Below, one piece after another: positions 13,874 to 27,254 of a stretch of DNA of 64,000 bases. Origin of the DNA: Eledone cirrhosa (lineage: Eukaryota); assembly GCA_964016885.1 (NCBI GenBank), contig OZ024740.1:220224001-220288000 (forward strand), read 5' to 3'. Positions within the stretch are counted from its first letter, which is position 1. Each line of letters opens with the position of its first letter. The position numbers and the translations under genes are program-made. The notes beneath the pieces are model-generated. The model saw nothing but the letters and a program-made list of their open reading frames with translations. It was not told where the DNA came from and made no database searches.

Positions 13874-14249
13874 TACCGTATATACTTGAATATAAGCTAA
13901 GGAATATGTGATCAAGAACTCAATAGAAAAATAGGGGGGGGGGGGTTATATGCTGTATATGTTTGAATATAAGTAAGGAATATGGGACCTAAATCTCAAT
14001 GGAAAAATGGTGGGGGCTTATATTCTTTATATACTTGAATATAAGCTAAGGAATATGTGACCAAAAACTCGAAGGTAAAATGATGGGGGCCGACTTGTAT
14101 ACACCATCTAAACAATGTGTTGATTAACTGCCTCAGCTTATAAACGGAGTTTGAATTTTTGCCCCTTTCACAGACATAAAATATGTGTGGGGGGGGGGGG
14201 GGGGGGTCTTGCTTATATTCAGATCAGCTTATATTCGAGTATATACAGT
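13874..14249. mobile_element. pogo/Tc2-type MITE with internally triplicated left end
   Basis: TIR taccgtatatacttgaatataagct / agcttatattcgagtatatacagta; relatives at ~4620-4770 and 42370-42553. Confidence 0.7.
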
Positions 14250-14603
14250 AAGTATTTTGAGATTATGCCTGAACCACAGATTGCTCACTGAATGACTTCT
14301 AATAGAACCAAACCATACAAAGACTATACAAATTCCTGAATACCAAACGTAAACAATTTTAGAAATATAAAGAGAAAAGTGTGTTAATACAAAGTAATGA
14401 TCCCACAAACACCTCTGTTATTCACATAACTTAAAAAAAGATCATAAACTAAAAACAATTACTGAAGCTAAATAGGTAATAACTGTCATATATATTTATC
14501 TTTTACTTCTAAGACACATACAACCACCTTCTCTCTCTCTCTCTCTCTCTATCTCTATCTATCTCTATCTCTCTATCTCACATCTAGAACACATACAACC
14601 ACC

Positions 14604-14641
<38 letters not shown>

Positions 14642-14670
14642 ATCTCACATCTAGAACACATACAACCACC

Positions 14671-14736
<66 letters not shown>

Positions 14737-14743
14737 TTATATA

Positions 14744-16150
14744 CTAGCCAAATTACCCGCACCTTGCTGTGCTTCACACATTTATTTTGTAAGAAAATGA
14801 TGATTGATTTTAAATCAGTGATATAATTTATGGAGAAAAAATAAAGGGAAAATGTTAAAAAAGTAGAGGCATTAACTAATGATTTTTGTTGTCATAATTC
14901 TAGTGATGTTTTGCCATAGATAACATGTCTAAATTAGCCAAATTTTACTATAAAAGAGAGGTGCTTTTTTTGTTGATTTACGTTTAATTAATAGAAAAAA
15001 CCCCATGATAATAGAGGTTCCAATACTCAAGTTATGGACTTCCAAAATGTTCACTATATAGGGTTTAACCCCCATTAGGGTGTCTTAATATGATTGAAAT
15101 TTGCTGAAATTTTGTGAATAGGCATCATATCTTGTCATTTACCTATGATTTTAATTTCATATAAATCAAAGGAAAAATATTTTCAGTGGGGGTTTGTGTC
15201 CCTGAGGAACCCTTTGGATAAAATGAAATATACTTATCTAAGTACCCTGGGCAATGTAGTTTCAGAATATATATGGTTATGGGGGTCTATCTCCAAAACC
15301 ATAGGAGGAGTTCGTGAACAAACAAACAAACAGGAACTACAACTTTATATATATATACTAGCAGAATGGCCCGGCGTTGCTCGGGATTCTAAACATAGAA
15401 TGGCATGTTTATCCCTCCTTTCTGAAACATTTTCGTCGTATGTTCACCAATTGATGCAGTCCTAATAAAATAAAAAGTGAAGTCGCCTTGGGTGAATAGG
15501 GAAATAATTTTCCATTAAGATTTTTTAAAAGTATGTAATTGTGTTTCCTCTCTTTTTTGTTGTTGTTTTTGATACTGTCGAGCCTCGTGAAATAAATACG
15601 TTTGTTTATATTTTGTTATTGTGTATGCAAAAATATCTGTACACGAATATATAATTATATATATATATATATATTAGAATAACAGATTAAAGTTTAAGCG
15701 AAGAATCACTGTTTTCACCCTTAATGGGATCTTCTGAAACTAAAAAAATCAATCTGTGAACGCAGAAGTAAATATTTCGAAAAACGTTACACATTATATA
15801 TATATATACACACTATATATACATATATATATACACATATACACACACACAGCTACATCATAATATCGTAATGCAGACAGCCAGGCATACAGACAGATAT
15901 TATAAGGGTGCAACGTTATATCTATGTATCTATCTAAAAAGAGAAAGACTAAGAGTTATAGAGAGAGATCGCTAAATCGCCTAATGCGGTCCCTAGGGCA
16001 TTGAAAATTTGAAATATTCTTTGCTCAAAACACTCACAGAACCATAAGTATTACATGTGTAAAGTTTGAAAACAATAGGTTGGGTGGTTCTCGAGTTTTA
16101 GTGATCGGACAGACAGACAGACATTCTCTGTTTTAGATATTTATATATAT
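14744..16150 (-). mobile_element. Tandem non-autonomous Helitron-like elements
   Basis: CTAG termini at 14744 and 15358, with GC-rich subterminal hairpin (cccggcgttgctcggg). Opposite ends carry (acag)n/(acaa)n followed by tttatatata, as in Lep1-type Helitrons. Confidence 0.55.
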
Positions 16151-16154
16151 ATAC

Positions 16155-16545
16155 AAAGTAAAACCTACTACAGTCAGTAGGCATCTCTAACAAAATACAC
16201 CCCCGTCCCACCACCTCCACCACATCCACACCGCCCCTTTCAATGTAAAGTTATGTTGGTCCCACAACATCCAGGCCGAAACAAATGAGATCGTGTAGGT
16301 GTCACGTCAAAAAAACACACAGTCCACGCTGTAATGTGGCCGTGAAGGCAACACGGTAAAAACCTCCCAGACCCACACTGTAAATGTGGTTGGTGTTAGG
16401 AAGGGCATCCAGCTGTAGAAAACCCGCCAGATAGTCCTATGCGAGCAAGAAAATCACTCTTGCCTCAAGTGGGACTACCCCCGTCCAAACCCATGCAAGC
16501 GTGGAACACGGACGTTAAACGTTGATGATGATGATGATGATGATA
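16155..16545 (+). mobile_element. 3'-UTR-only copy of the 56820-57900 RTE subfamily
   Basis: Close match to 57515-57900. Confidence 0.8.
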
Positions 16546-16560
16546 TATATATATCATCAT

Positions 16561-16617
<57 letters not shown>

Positions 16618-16945
16618 ATCTAGAACACATACAACTGCCTTCTCTCTATCTATCACATCTAGAACACATACAATCACCTTCTCTCTCTTTCTCTCATTGT
16701 ATGTCCTACTTTCCCCACTTTCTTTCTCATTCTATGTTTTACTCCCCACCCCCACCCCCACCCCTCTCTCCTATCACCCTTTTCTCTCTAACTCTCTTTC
16801 AGCTCCCCTATACTGTCAAATTTTTGGCTCAATTAACTTAGCAAAAAAAAAAAAAGATTAGGGCCACTTCAATTTCATAGTTGGCTGATTTACCTGCACA
16901 AACATTTACAAAGGTTGTTTATCAGTTTACATAAATACGTATATG

Positions 16946-17352
16946 ATGGCTGCCAACTCATTTTCGAGTACGGCCACTACTTTATATCCATGTAGGAGAA
17001 CTTCTACCGATGCGCTGAACGAGTGTGACTTTTTAGTCCAGCCAGCGACTTGAAAACTCTGGTACAAACACTACACTTGTGACAATTATTGACACATAGT
17101 GCTGGGCCCATGGTACCATGTGACGACAAGTGCAGAGAGATCTCCAGATATAAAGCAACGCCTGTGCTTGAAGCTTTTATAGTGAGCAAAGGCACTGCAC
17201 AAAGCCAGTCCCACTCTCTTAACCAAGATGATATTTACCAAAAAGAAGACAAGTCAACATCATTGGATACCATCAGGGTTGCAGGTGTTATATCAGAGTT
17301 TTCCTTCTCCTAGAATTCTGCTTTGACAAAGGCTAAGGGGTCATCTCTCCCG
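16946..17352 (-). mobile_element. Bipartite RTE derivative, 5'-truncated copy
   Basis: Homologous to ~1340-1715. Confidence 0.7.
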
Positions 17353-17422
17353 GATACATACGTATATACATATATACATACAAGCATATATATATATATA
17401 CATGCATACATACATACATTGA

Positions 17423-17990
17423 GATAAAAAAGACAGATCCTGAACACTATAGATCTTTCCTGCAATCCGACCTGGACATAATGCAACAATAATGCCAACT
17501 CAAGTTGGCTGTAGACAAGTGAACCACCATACATTTTGGGAGGAAAAAACCCAGCGTCCACATACTCCCTCCACAACACTAATATGAAGATGTCTTCTTG
17601 TGAACGTGTCCATCTTGCCAACAACAACCCTGAGCAGCTTTTTGAATTCCATGTGTCTAACACCCGTGGGCATGCCTACAAAGTCAGAAAATAACACAGC
17701 TCCCATGACTTTCCGAAATATTTTTTCACGCTCAGAGTTGCGGAAGCATGGAACAAACTATCTGCATCAGTTGTTATCTGCCGAGACACTGCAGCCTTTA
17801 AAACCTTCCTGAAATTCACCAACACTACACCTGATACCCCTCCTCCATACACACGCACACATGTATTTCATGACTCATGCACTGTTCACTTTCCTGATAT
17901 TTGTACATTATTCTATGTACTATACCTTCACCTTTGATGAGCTGTAGAGCACCAGAGCACTATACACAATATTTTCATTATTATTATTAT
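17423..17990 (+). pseudogene. CR1-clade LINE 3' fragment
   Basis: LQSDLDIMQ, TIHFGRKNP, TRGHAYKVRK...FFTLRVAEAWNKL; (ATT)n tail. Confidence 0.8.
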
Positions 17991-18004
17991 ACATACATAC
18001 ATAC

Positions 18005-18380
18005 ATGATGGCTGCAAGCTCTGCTAAGAGTATAGCAATCGCTTGTCAGATTACAGAAACTGGTGCACTTTTAGGCTATGGTCAGCCACACGAACCTGTA
18101 ATAGATCCTGAACAAGCAACGCCTGTACTTTAAAGGTTTTTTAAGTGGAGAAAGGCCTTGCACTCGACCAATCCCACTCTCTGAACATCGAAAACACTAC
18201 CCGAAAAGGAGAACTGGTCAACATCATCAGATGCTTTCGAAGCTGCAGGTTTTTTTTCATATTTTCCCTCTCCTAGACAGGTGTTGTGACAATAACTGGG
18301 GGCCTTTCCCTCCCAGGTAAAAAAAAAAAAAGTACTATTTGGATGGCCGTTGCCTCTGCCGAGTTCCTCCACCTTTTGCA
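18005..18380 (-). mobile_element. Second, diverged family of bipartite RTE derivative
   Basis: Shares collinear motifs (ctcctag, tcaacatcat, cccactctct, aagcaacgcctgt, ttggatggcc) with the 580-bp family. Confidence 0.5.
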
Positions 18381-18486
18381 TACATACATACATACACACA
18401 CACATACATACATACATACATACATACACACACACATACATACGTACATACATACATATATACATAAATACGTACATACATACATA

Positions 18487-19392
18487 CATGTCATAAGCAA
18501 CTGTCCAAAGATGTCATCACGATACTATCTACCAATGATGTAGTGGCCAAACCACTGTACAATGCAATCCATAGAAAAGATAGCCCCAACAATAAACACA
18601 TTAAAAGTTATAGCAATGTGGAAGACATACACATACATACTATGAAAGAGCACTGGTGGAATGTTCCAGTCAAAACGCCAATAAAATGCAAGCATAACAG
18701 ACCAGATATAATGATATGGGACAGGGAAAAGAAGGCATGCACAGTAGTGGAAGTTAGCTGCCCAGCAGATGCCAATATAATATTAAAGATTAGTGAAAAG
18801 GAGAATATCTATGCAGAACCAATGAGAAATCTGCAGATACTCCACCCTGATTACACCTTCAAATTTATATCTGTGATTATTGGGGCACTGGGATATGTTA
18901 GTAATAATAATAATAATAATAATAATGAAATTATTGTGTAAAGTGCTCAGGTGCACTACAACTCGTCAAAGGTGTATGTATAGTACATAGAATAATACAC
19001 AAATGTCAGGGAAGTACATGCGTGTATGTGTTAGCTGTAGTGTTGGCGGATCTCGGGAAGCATGGAGGCCTTAAAGGATGCAGTGTCTCGACAGCTAACA
19101 ACTGATGCAGGTAGTTTGTTCCATGCTTCAGCAACTCTGAGCATGAAAAAATGTTTCCGAAGTCATGGGAACTCTGCTGTTTTCTTACTTTGTGGGCATG
19201 TCCACGTGTGTTAGACATATGGAAATCAAAAAGGTACTCAGGGTTGTTGTTGGCAACATCTGCCTCAATACAAATCTTGAGAAGCTAGGCTTCACAGAAA
19301 CAGAAAGAACACAACTAGTTAGAAAGTTACAAGTACAATCCATTAATAGAACAGTAAAAATATGTAAAACATTCCAAAAATTCTGCATCTAA
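18487..19392 (+). pseudogene. R4/Dong-like restriction-like-endonuclease LINE 3' fragment (split by CR1)
   Basis: HVISNCP, HNRPDIMIWD...VVEVSCP...KISEKENIY...VIIGALG; resumes at 19260 with CLNTNLEKLG...KTFQKFCI*. Confidence 0.8.
18900..19258 (-). mobile_element. CR1 3' fragment inserted into an R4-like element
   Basis: SNTRGHAHKVRKQQSSHDF; (ATT)n tail at ~18902-18926. Confidence 0.8.
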
Positions 19393-21331
19393 TAACTGCA
19401 TATACACGCGTACAGATATAAAACATATGCACATGCACTCATACAACTCAAAACATACACATACCATAACATCCATACACATGCATGCATACACGTCTAC
19501 CTAGTTGATGTTTAAATTCAAATGAGAGACTCTTGTATCTATGATAGAAACTGACTCTCTCACTTTCTATTGGTAAAAATTTATATTAAAAATACATACT
19601 TACATACATGCACACACACATACACACACACACACATGTATTGGTAGGTCTGTATGGCAATGTGTATGTAATATATTCTAATTATATGTCTTCACTTGTC
19701 TTTCAGTTTACTATGTTTTCATTATACCTTTTATATATAATTGTTTCTACTTTTGGCACAAGGCCAGCAATAACTCAGTGTATTACTGGTTCTTTATTTT
19801 ATCGACTCCGTAAGGATGAAAGGCAAAGTTAACCTCAGCGGGATTTGAGCTCAGACCATAAAGGGCCGTAACTCTCTGCTGCAAAGCAAGGCGTCCGACC
19901 CTCTACCGATACTGCCAATCCACATAATGTAGACTTGTATGTGTAGGTGTGTGTGTATGAGTGTGCACATGTGTATGTGTATGTGTTTAGTGTAAAGTCA
20001 ACAATGAAAAACAGCAAAAACAAACATTGAAATAAATTATAAAAACGTTATTAGGTTGATGCTTTTGTGAAATCGAAAAAAAGAAGAGAATTCAATGTTT
20101 CGGGTGGTGGTGCTTCGTCAGGAAAGAAATGAGAGAAGGAAGGGATTTAGGAAACACAAAGAGAAGAGATTAGAAAGGAAAACCTGTTAGATCTAGGAAT
20201 TTACTGATTGTCAATATCTGTAACTTCCATTCTAAAAAGAAACCTATAGATGCTGGAGGTTAGCCAAGCAGCTATGAGTGAGTCACAAAGTCAGTATGCT
20301 GGTTGTAGTGCTATACAGTGTTTGTTATTGTTGTTGTTTAGCTCTAAGTCCATTCTTATTGAACAGACCTTCCAGTTATGACCATCTAGTCTTTTTCCTA
20401 TGAGCATGGAAGGCAATAGCAAATAACATGTCCATTTTTTTAAGATGCTATGATCTGATTTCAGAGAGATTTGGCTGCTATTTCTAGCTTGTCGAGAGAC
20501 CTTGCAGAGACTCCCTTGATAGATTGCCATGTAGTGTAATGTGATGATACATAGGAGCAGTGTAACACAGTGTGTCACAGTGGGGTAGATAGCAAGCATG
20601 ATCCTTCCAGTTTACTCTCCAAAATGTGTTGCTTACTGACCAAAGATTTATTATATAGATATTCCAAGCATTTAAACCAGTCATATTCGACCAGAATTAT
20701 CTCACCTCTTTCTGTTCAAACCAGCTGTAACTAGGCACTCATACTGATGTTAAGGTACTCAAAATAAATAATATCAAGATCTCATAGATTCGATATTATG
20801 TGAGATAATTATGTCAGGTAAAGCCTTTACCACAAAAATATTTTAGTATATATAGATTAATGTAAATGGTAACGGATTAAGGTCAGCAAATTATTAGAGC
20901 ATAGGACAAAATGGCTTGCAGTATTTGTTCCAATTCTCTGTGGTTTCAGTTCAAATCACACCAAGGTCATCTTTACCTTTTATACTTTCAGGGTCAATAA
21001 AATAAATACCAATCCAGGTCAGTGGATTAGTAGAAGTGTTAAAGCATCAGATGTGATGCTTTACGGTGTTAATTCTAGCTCTCTACATTCTGAGTTTAAA
21101 TTCTGCTGCTGTCTACTTGGAGGGTATGTGGGGAATAGATCTGTGTTGATTCCAGTTGATTTGATTAACAGAACAACATGCTTGTGAATTTAACATGCAA
21201 GCTATCAAAACTTCCACAGACATGTGTACCATTAATGCAGTTCTCAGGGAGATTCAGAATGGCACAAACTTGAATGGGATGTAATTCATCATCCAATTTA
21301 ACACCACCAACCACTAGGCCCTTGAGTACCT

Positions 21332-21540
21332 AACCCTTTAGCATTTACATTACTCTATATAAACTATTGTATTTTCGCAGTAAAGGCTTTTACATAATAT
21401 TAAATCTATGAGATTTAGATATTATTTATTTTAAGAACAATACTTTAACATCAGTATAAGTGGCCAGTTACAGCCAGTTTGAACAGAAAGAGGTTAGGAA
21501 ATTCTGGTTGGATAAGGCCAGTTTAAATACTAAAGGGTTA
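21332..21540. mobile_element. piggyBac-like MITE; second copy in opposite orientation at ~20665-20850
   Basis: taaccctttagcattt...aaatactaaagggtta termini; internal homology to 20670-20810, inverted. Confidence 0.55.
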
Positions 21541-23154
21541 GCAGAATTTGCATGCATTTATCTGAGTGGCCCTGAAAAGGGTCATGAGCACTCCCCTTCC
21601 CTCCCTGACAAAACAGTAAATAATTATTTTTAACTTAGGCATTGTTGGCACAGGGCCAACAATTTTTGGGGAGGAGAAATTTGATTACATCGACACCAGT
21701 TTATAACTGGTACTTTATTTTATCAGTCACAAACTAGAGTCTCCTCCCCACAAATTGTCAGCCTTGTACCTAAATTAAGATAATTTTTTACTATAAATGT
21801 TTCTACTTTGGGGGAGGGCAAAGTCAATTAAATCAACCCCAGTACTTACTGGTGCTTTATCTTATCGATCCCATAAGGATAAAAGGCAAAGCTGACCTCG
21901 GCAGGATTTAAACTCAGAATGTAGAGGGCCATAACTCTATGCCACTAAGCATGTTGTCCGACGCTCTACCGATTATACCAATCCACCACCCTTTTACTAT
22001 AAATAATAAAAAATACAAAGGTGGCGTGCATATAACTGCATGTGTGTTTGTGTACAGGGCTGGAGTAACTCTTGAACAGAATAAGTACATGCTAAAAGCA
22101 TCAAGGAAAGAGGGATACCATTTTACTCAAATTAAACATATTTATCATTTCTAAAAATATTATATTTGCAGACTTTATATATGAAAGGCAACAAACTCTT
22201 TTAAGTGTTTAGGGCCACAAAAGGACTTAATCCGGCTGCGTACGCATGTGTGTGCATGTGTGTGTGTGTGTTTGTGGGTGTTTGTGGGTGTTTGTGAGTG
22301 AGTTGTTTAGCCTCAGGTCAGTCCTGTTCACAATTCTGCAAAATCAGGGCTGCCCTGAACAACATTATCCAACATGCCCTTTTTTTTAATACAATAGGAT
22401 GTGATTTGAAAGAAATGTAGCTGCTATATATCATCTCACACTTTCAAATATTACATGCTTACTTGACCTGCTAGAAATAGCTACCAAATCGCCCTCAAAT
22501 AACCCCTACTGTCTTAAAAAAGACTTCTTTGATAATGTTCAGGTTAATCTTGATTAAGCTGGCCTATGGAGAAAGGTATGCCAGCTCTGACCATTCTGTT
22601 TTATTTTTAGATATAGTATATCATGGACTACATTATCCAATGAGTCCATTTTGGTGGTGGTTGTGGTGATAGACAGTGATGCTGGTGATGCTAGTGCTGG
22701 TAATGGTGGTGGTGATGACAGTGGTATTGGCGGTTCTCCTGACTGTGGTGGTGGTGCTACCGCTGATGATGGTGGTGCTGCTAATGGCAGTGGTGGTGGT
22801 GGTGGTGGTGGTGGTGATGGTGGTGCTGATAGTGGTAGTGATGGGTAGTGCTTCTGCTGGTGATGGCAGTGGTGTTGGTGGTGATGATGATAGTGGTGGT
22901 GATGGGTAGTGCTGGTGGAGCTACTGCTGGTGGTGGTGGTGGTGATGGCAGTGGTGGTGGTGGTGGTGGTGGTGATGGTGGCAGTGATGGTGCTATTGCT
23001 GATGGTGGTGTTGATGGCAGTGAAGGTGGTGTTAGTGGTTGTGATGCTGTTGATGCTAGAGCTGGTGGTGCCTGTAATGGTGGTAGTGATGGTAGTTGTA
23101 CTGGTGATGGTGATGATGGTGGTGCTTCTGCAGTGGTGTTGGTAGTGGTGATGA

Positions 23155-23625
23155 TGGTGGTGGCAGTGGTGGTGATGGGTGGTGGCAGTGGTGGTGATGG
23201 GTGGTGGCAGTGGTGGTGATGGGTGGTGGCAGTGGTGGTGATGGGTGGTGGCAGTGGTGGTGATGGGTGGTGGCAGTGGTGGTGATGGGTGGTGGCAGTG
23301 GTGGTGATGGGTGGTGGCAGTGGTGGTGATGGGTGGTGGCAGTGGTGGTGATGGGTGGTGGCAGTGGTGGTGATGGGTGGTGGCAGTGGTGGTGATGGGT
23401 GGTGGCAGTGGTGGTGATGGGTGGTGGCAGTGGTGGTGATGGGTGGTGGCAGTGGTGGTGATGGGTGGTGGCAGTGGTGGTGATGGGTGGTGGCAGTGGT
23501 GGTGATGGGTGGTGGCAGTGGTGGTGATGGGTGGTGGCAGTGGTGGTGATGGGTGGTGGCAGTGGTGGTGATGGGTGGTGGCAGTGGTGGTGATGGGTGG
23601 TGGCAGTGGTGGTGATGGGTGGTGC
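23155..23625. repeat. 22-bp G-rich minisatellite (~21 units) within (GGT)n low-complexity tract 22650-23850
   Basis: Unit gggtggtggcagtggtggtgat. Confidence 0.95.
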
Positions 23626-24730
23626 CAGTGGGGCTACTGCTGTTGGTGGTGGTGGAGCTACTGCTGATGGTGATGGCAGTGGTGCTGGTGGAGATAGGGG
23701 GTGCTGGCAGTGCTACTACTGATGGTGGTGGCAGTGATGGTGGTGTTGGCAGTGCTACTGCTGATGGTGGTGGTGGTGGCAGTGATGGTGGTGTTGGCAG
23801 TGCTACTGCTGATGGTGGTGTTGGCAGTGCTACTGCTGATGGTGGTGGTGTAGGTCACATCCTATTCACTTTGGGATTTATCATAGGTAGATGGCCATTC
23901 ATGAAGGGTTTGGGATTGAAGAGAAAATTGATTTTGGCAGCCATTTTAGAGTGTCCATACCAATATGTATGTGTGTGTGTGATGTGCATCAGTGTGTGTG
24001 TGTGGGGGGGTCTATCTGTGTGTGTGTGTGTATGTATGTGTCTGTGTGTGTGTGTATTGAGTGTGAGTGTGTATACATGTGTATGTGTGAGTGTGATGTA
24101 TGTGTGTGTGTGTGTCTCTATATGTGCATGTATGCGTATGTATGTATGTGTGTGTGTGTGTGTGTGCGTGTGTGTGTGTGAGTGTGTGTGTGTGCGTGTG
24201 TGTGTGTCTGTGTGTATATGTGTGTGTTTATCTGTGTTTGTGGAAGAGGTGCAATGCTTCTCTGAGTCATGTTACAGGGACAGTGATTTTTAGAATGAAA
24301 TTAAAGGAGTGTTCTAGTGTGTTATTAGACATTTCTAAATGTCTGCATGCTGCTGCTGCTGCTGCTGTTGTTGTTGTTGTTGTTGTTGTTGCTGCTGCTG
24401 TTGTTGCTGCTGCTGCTGTTGATGTTGCTATTGTTGTTGTTGCTGTAACTACTGTTGCTGTTGTTTTTGTTTAATGCCACACCATCTCTGATCAGCCCTA
24501 TTCTTTTATTGGTTTCAGCCATTAGACAGCCCCCATGCTGGGGCACTACATGGGATTCTGTAAACCCTATTGATCCTTGTTCTATTTTGTTTTTAATCTG
24601 GTAATTATTTTATTGATGTATTATTGTTGAATTACTAAGTTATAGAACATAAACAAACAGTAAATATAAAATATAAACATAAACACACACGCATATATAA
24701 ATTATACACACACACACACACACATATATA

Positions 24731-24942
24731 TGTAGATTCCCAAGTTGTGTCGAGGGGGGGGGGGGATAACCACAATTAAAAAAGGTACTCAATACATTGG
24801 TAGAGTATAGGCATTTTTTGTTTAATCGACTGTAGAAGTGATTTCTACAGGACTAGAACTGTTTAATTTGTATGAAATCATCAGGAACTCCTGATGATTT
24901 CATATGAATGAAACAGTTCCAGTCCTGTAGAAGTCACCTCTA
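24731..24942 (-). mobile_element. Fold-back hammerhead element (family B), head-to-head cores
   Basis: ...atcatcagg-aact-cctgatgat... axis at ~24887. + strand core CTGATGA 24891, GAAACAG 24910, CTGTA 24925. The long arm is homologous to the 1812-1903 tail. Confidence 0.7.
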
Positions 24943-24955
24943 TACATATATATAA

Positions 24956-25016
<61 letters not shown>

Positions 25017-25019
<3 letters not shown>

Positions 25020-25208
25020 CAAAGGAAATGTGGTAAGGAACCAGGTGGACCATAACGCACCAAAGTACTCAATACTTAGGGTAGTAGAGTGGGTAATAGG
25101 AACGAGTAGGACCCCGACGGCTGAGCTCAAGCCGTTTCGACGGCTAATTCTGAGTCCAGAATTAGCCGTCGAAACGGCTTGAGCTCAGCTGTCGGGGTCC
25201 TACTCGTT

Positions 25209-25213
<5 letters not shown>
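25017..25213 (-). mobile_element. Fold-back element family C (3' half of a hammerhead) in (TA)n
   Basis: 57-bp arms 25096-25152 / 25157-25213. Contains GAA-acggct-tgagctc-agccgt-C (stem III + GUC) but no CUGANGA. Confidence 0.7.
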
Positions 25214-25253
<40 letters not shown>

Positions 25254-25526
25254 CCCTTGTAATTTGAACCTGGATTACCCACGATCATTGAATTATTGTA
25301 TTTTTTTTAACTGTTCATCATTACAAGAATCCTCCATGGCCTTCCCTCCTCTTTGATCCCCCTCTTGTTCCTATCACCTTCCCTTAATCTCATTTTTCTA
25401 CTTTCTACTACTCCTGATGAAGGACTAACATCCGAAACATTAAATTTTCCTTTTCTCTGTTTCAAATGTAAAACTATTGTTATTGTATCTGTATTGTTAT
25501 TGTATCTGTGTTTGTTTTACTTCTTA

Positions 25527-25598
<72 letters not shown>

Positions 25599-26192
25599 GT
25601 ATATCAGAAGGTGACCACAATTAAAAAGGGTACTCAATACATTAGTAGGGTATAGGCATCTTTATTTTACTATATAAGTGACTTCTACAGGACTACATGG
25701 AAAACATTTAAATATTTTTTCCTAAGGGTAAAGACTAGGATTTTAATACACCGCAAGATATATATGGATTTTAGCAAAGACGAAGGGAATCACAGTCTTG
25801 ATTGATGTTTCACCAAAATAATTGGTGATTGATACTAATTACTATAATCGATGGTGAACATTCAATATTTTTTTATTCTCAGAAACAGACCTGTTTATGA
25901 TTGGATGGTTATATTTGGAAGTATGGCCATTTAAGTATAACATAATTTTTATGTGAATACTGTTTTATTTAACACCTATAAATTTATATTTAAATCTACA
26001 TATCATTTGCTATGTATCAACATCATCGTTTAATGTCCCCTTTCTACGCTAGCATGGGTTAGATGAGCATGTATATATGTATTAAATAGTAGTTGGTTTC
26101 TCAATTGATATATCGTATATCATTTTAAATATATATAATATGATATAATATAATATATGACATATGTAATATAATATAATATATATGTGTGT

Positions 26193-26240
26193 AGGACATT
26201 CCTGATGATTTTTTTTACGAATGAAACAGTTCTAGTCCAG
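26193..26240 (+). ncRNA. Truncated family B hammerhead; opposite-orientation tail copy at ~25594-25695
   Basis: ggacattc-CTGATGA-tttttttt-acgaat-GAAACAG-ttctagtcc, then truncated. Confidence 0.5.
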
Positions 26241-26491
26241 TGTGTATACAAACAAAAAGTTAAATAAGTTGAGAAATCAACTTAGTAGAGAGATGGTAAG
26301 AAGATTTAAAGCTCAATGTATGTATGAACCACAAATATTAAGAACAAATCCATCCAAGATGTACTCCATAGGGTAAAAATCCAAAAATTGTACAAATGTA
26401 AAACCACAGAGCATGAATAATAAATAATAATACAACTGAAGTTTAGAGAGAATTATAACATTTTATTTGTTTTTTATTATATATATATATA

Positions 26492-26672
26492 TAATTGTTT
26501 CTACTTTAGGCACAAGGCCAGTGCATTACTGGTACTTTATTTTATCGACCCCGTAAGGATGAAAGGCAAAGTCAACCTCGGCGGGATTTGAACTCAGATC
26601 GTTAAGGGACGTAACTATGCTGGAAATCATGGCGTCCGACCCTCTACCGATACTGCCAATCCACCGCCCTTA
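26492..26672 (-). mobile_element. Young ~190-bp tRNA-SINE with Meta-like core (gcctttcatccttacggggtcgataaaataaagtacc)
   Basis: A/B boxes tggcagtatcgg and gagttcaaatcc. Copies at ~5250-5395, 19738-19925, 21790-21992, 32040-32232, 34640-34805, 58465-58585 and 59217-59400. Confidence 0.8.
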
Positions 26673-27109
26673 TATATATATATATATATAATGACTTGAA
26701 TTTTTATTTCATTGTTTTAACTAATATATATATATATATATATATATAACACATACATACACATATCTGTATGTATGTGGTAGGTGTGTGGGGGGTGGGG
26801 GTGGTGGTGCAGATGCAGTTACAGAATGCTGTGATGCTGAAACAGGATGCAGTCATGAATTGCACAAACACTACCATGCACACATACATGCAATCACTAA
26901 CGCATACTACACACACATGCATGCTATCACCGACACATACCCACACACATACATGTCATCACCTACACACACCACACACACATACATGTCATCACACACA
27001 CACACTCCAACATACTCCACATATATTTTAGGAGCTACTGAATTTAAGTATGGAGTTTTGTATTATTTTTTAAATAATCAATAAAGATTGGGCTGTAAAG
27101 GAATGGGTC

Positions 27110-27223
27110 GGTGGTGAGTGGGTGGGTGGGTATGTGTGGGGAGGGCAGTAGTTGTGGTAGTGATAGTAGCAGTGGTTGTAGTGGTAATAGTTGTGGTGGT
27201 GGTGGGTGTGGTGGTAGTGGTGG

Positions 27224-27254
<31 letters not shown>

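Noticed and set aside
22651-24546. Gly-, Val- and Thr-rich ORFs (also 27078-27612)
   Set aside because: (GGT)n, (GT)n and (GCT/GTT)n low-complexity sequence.
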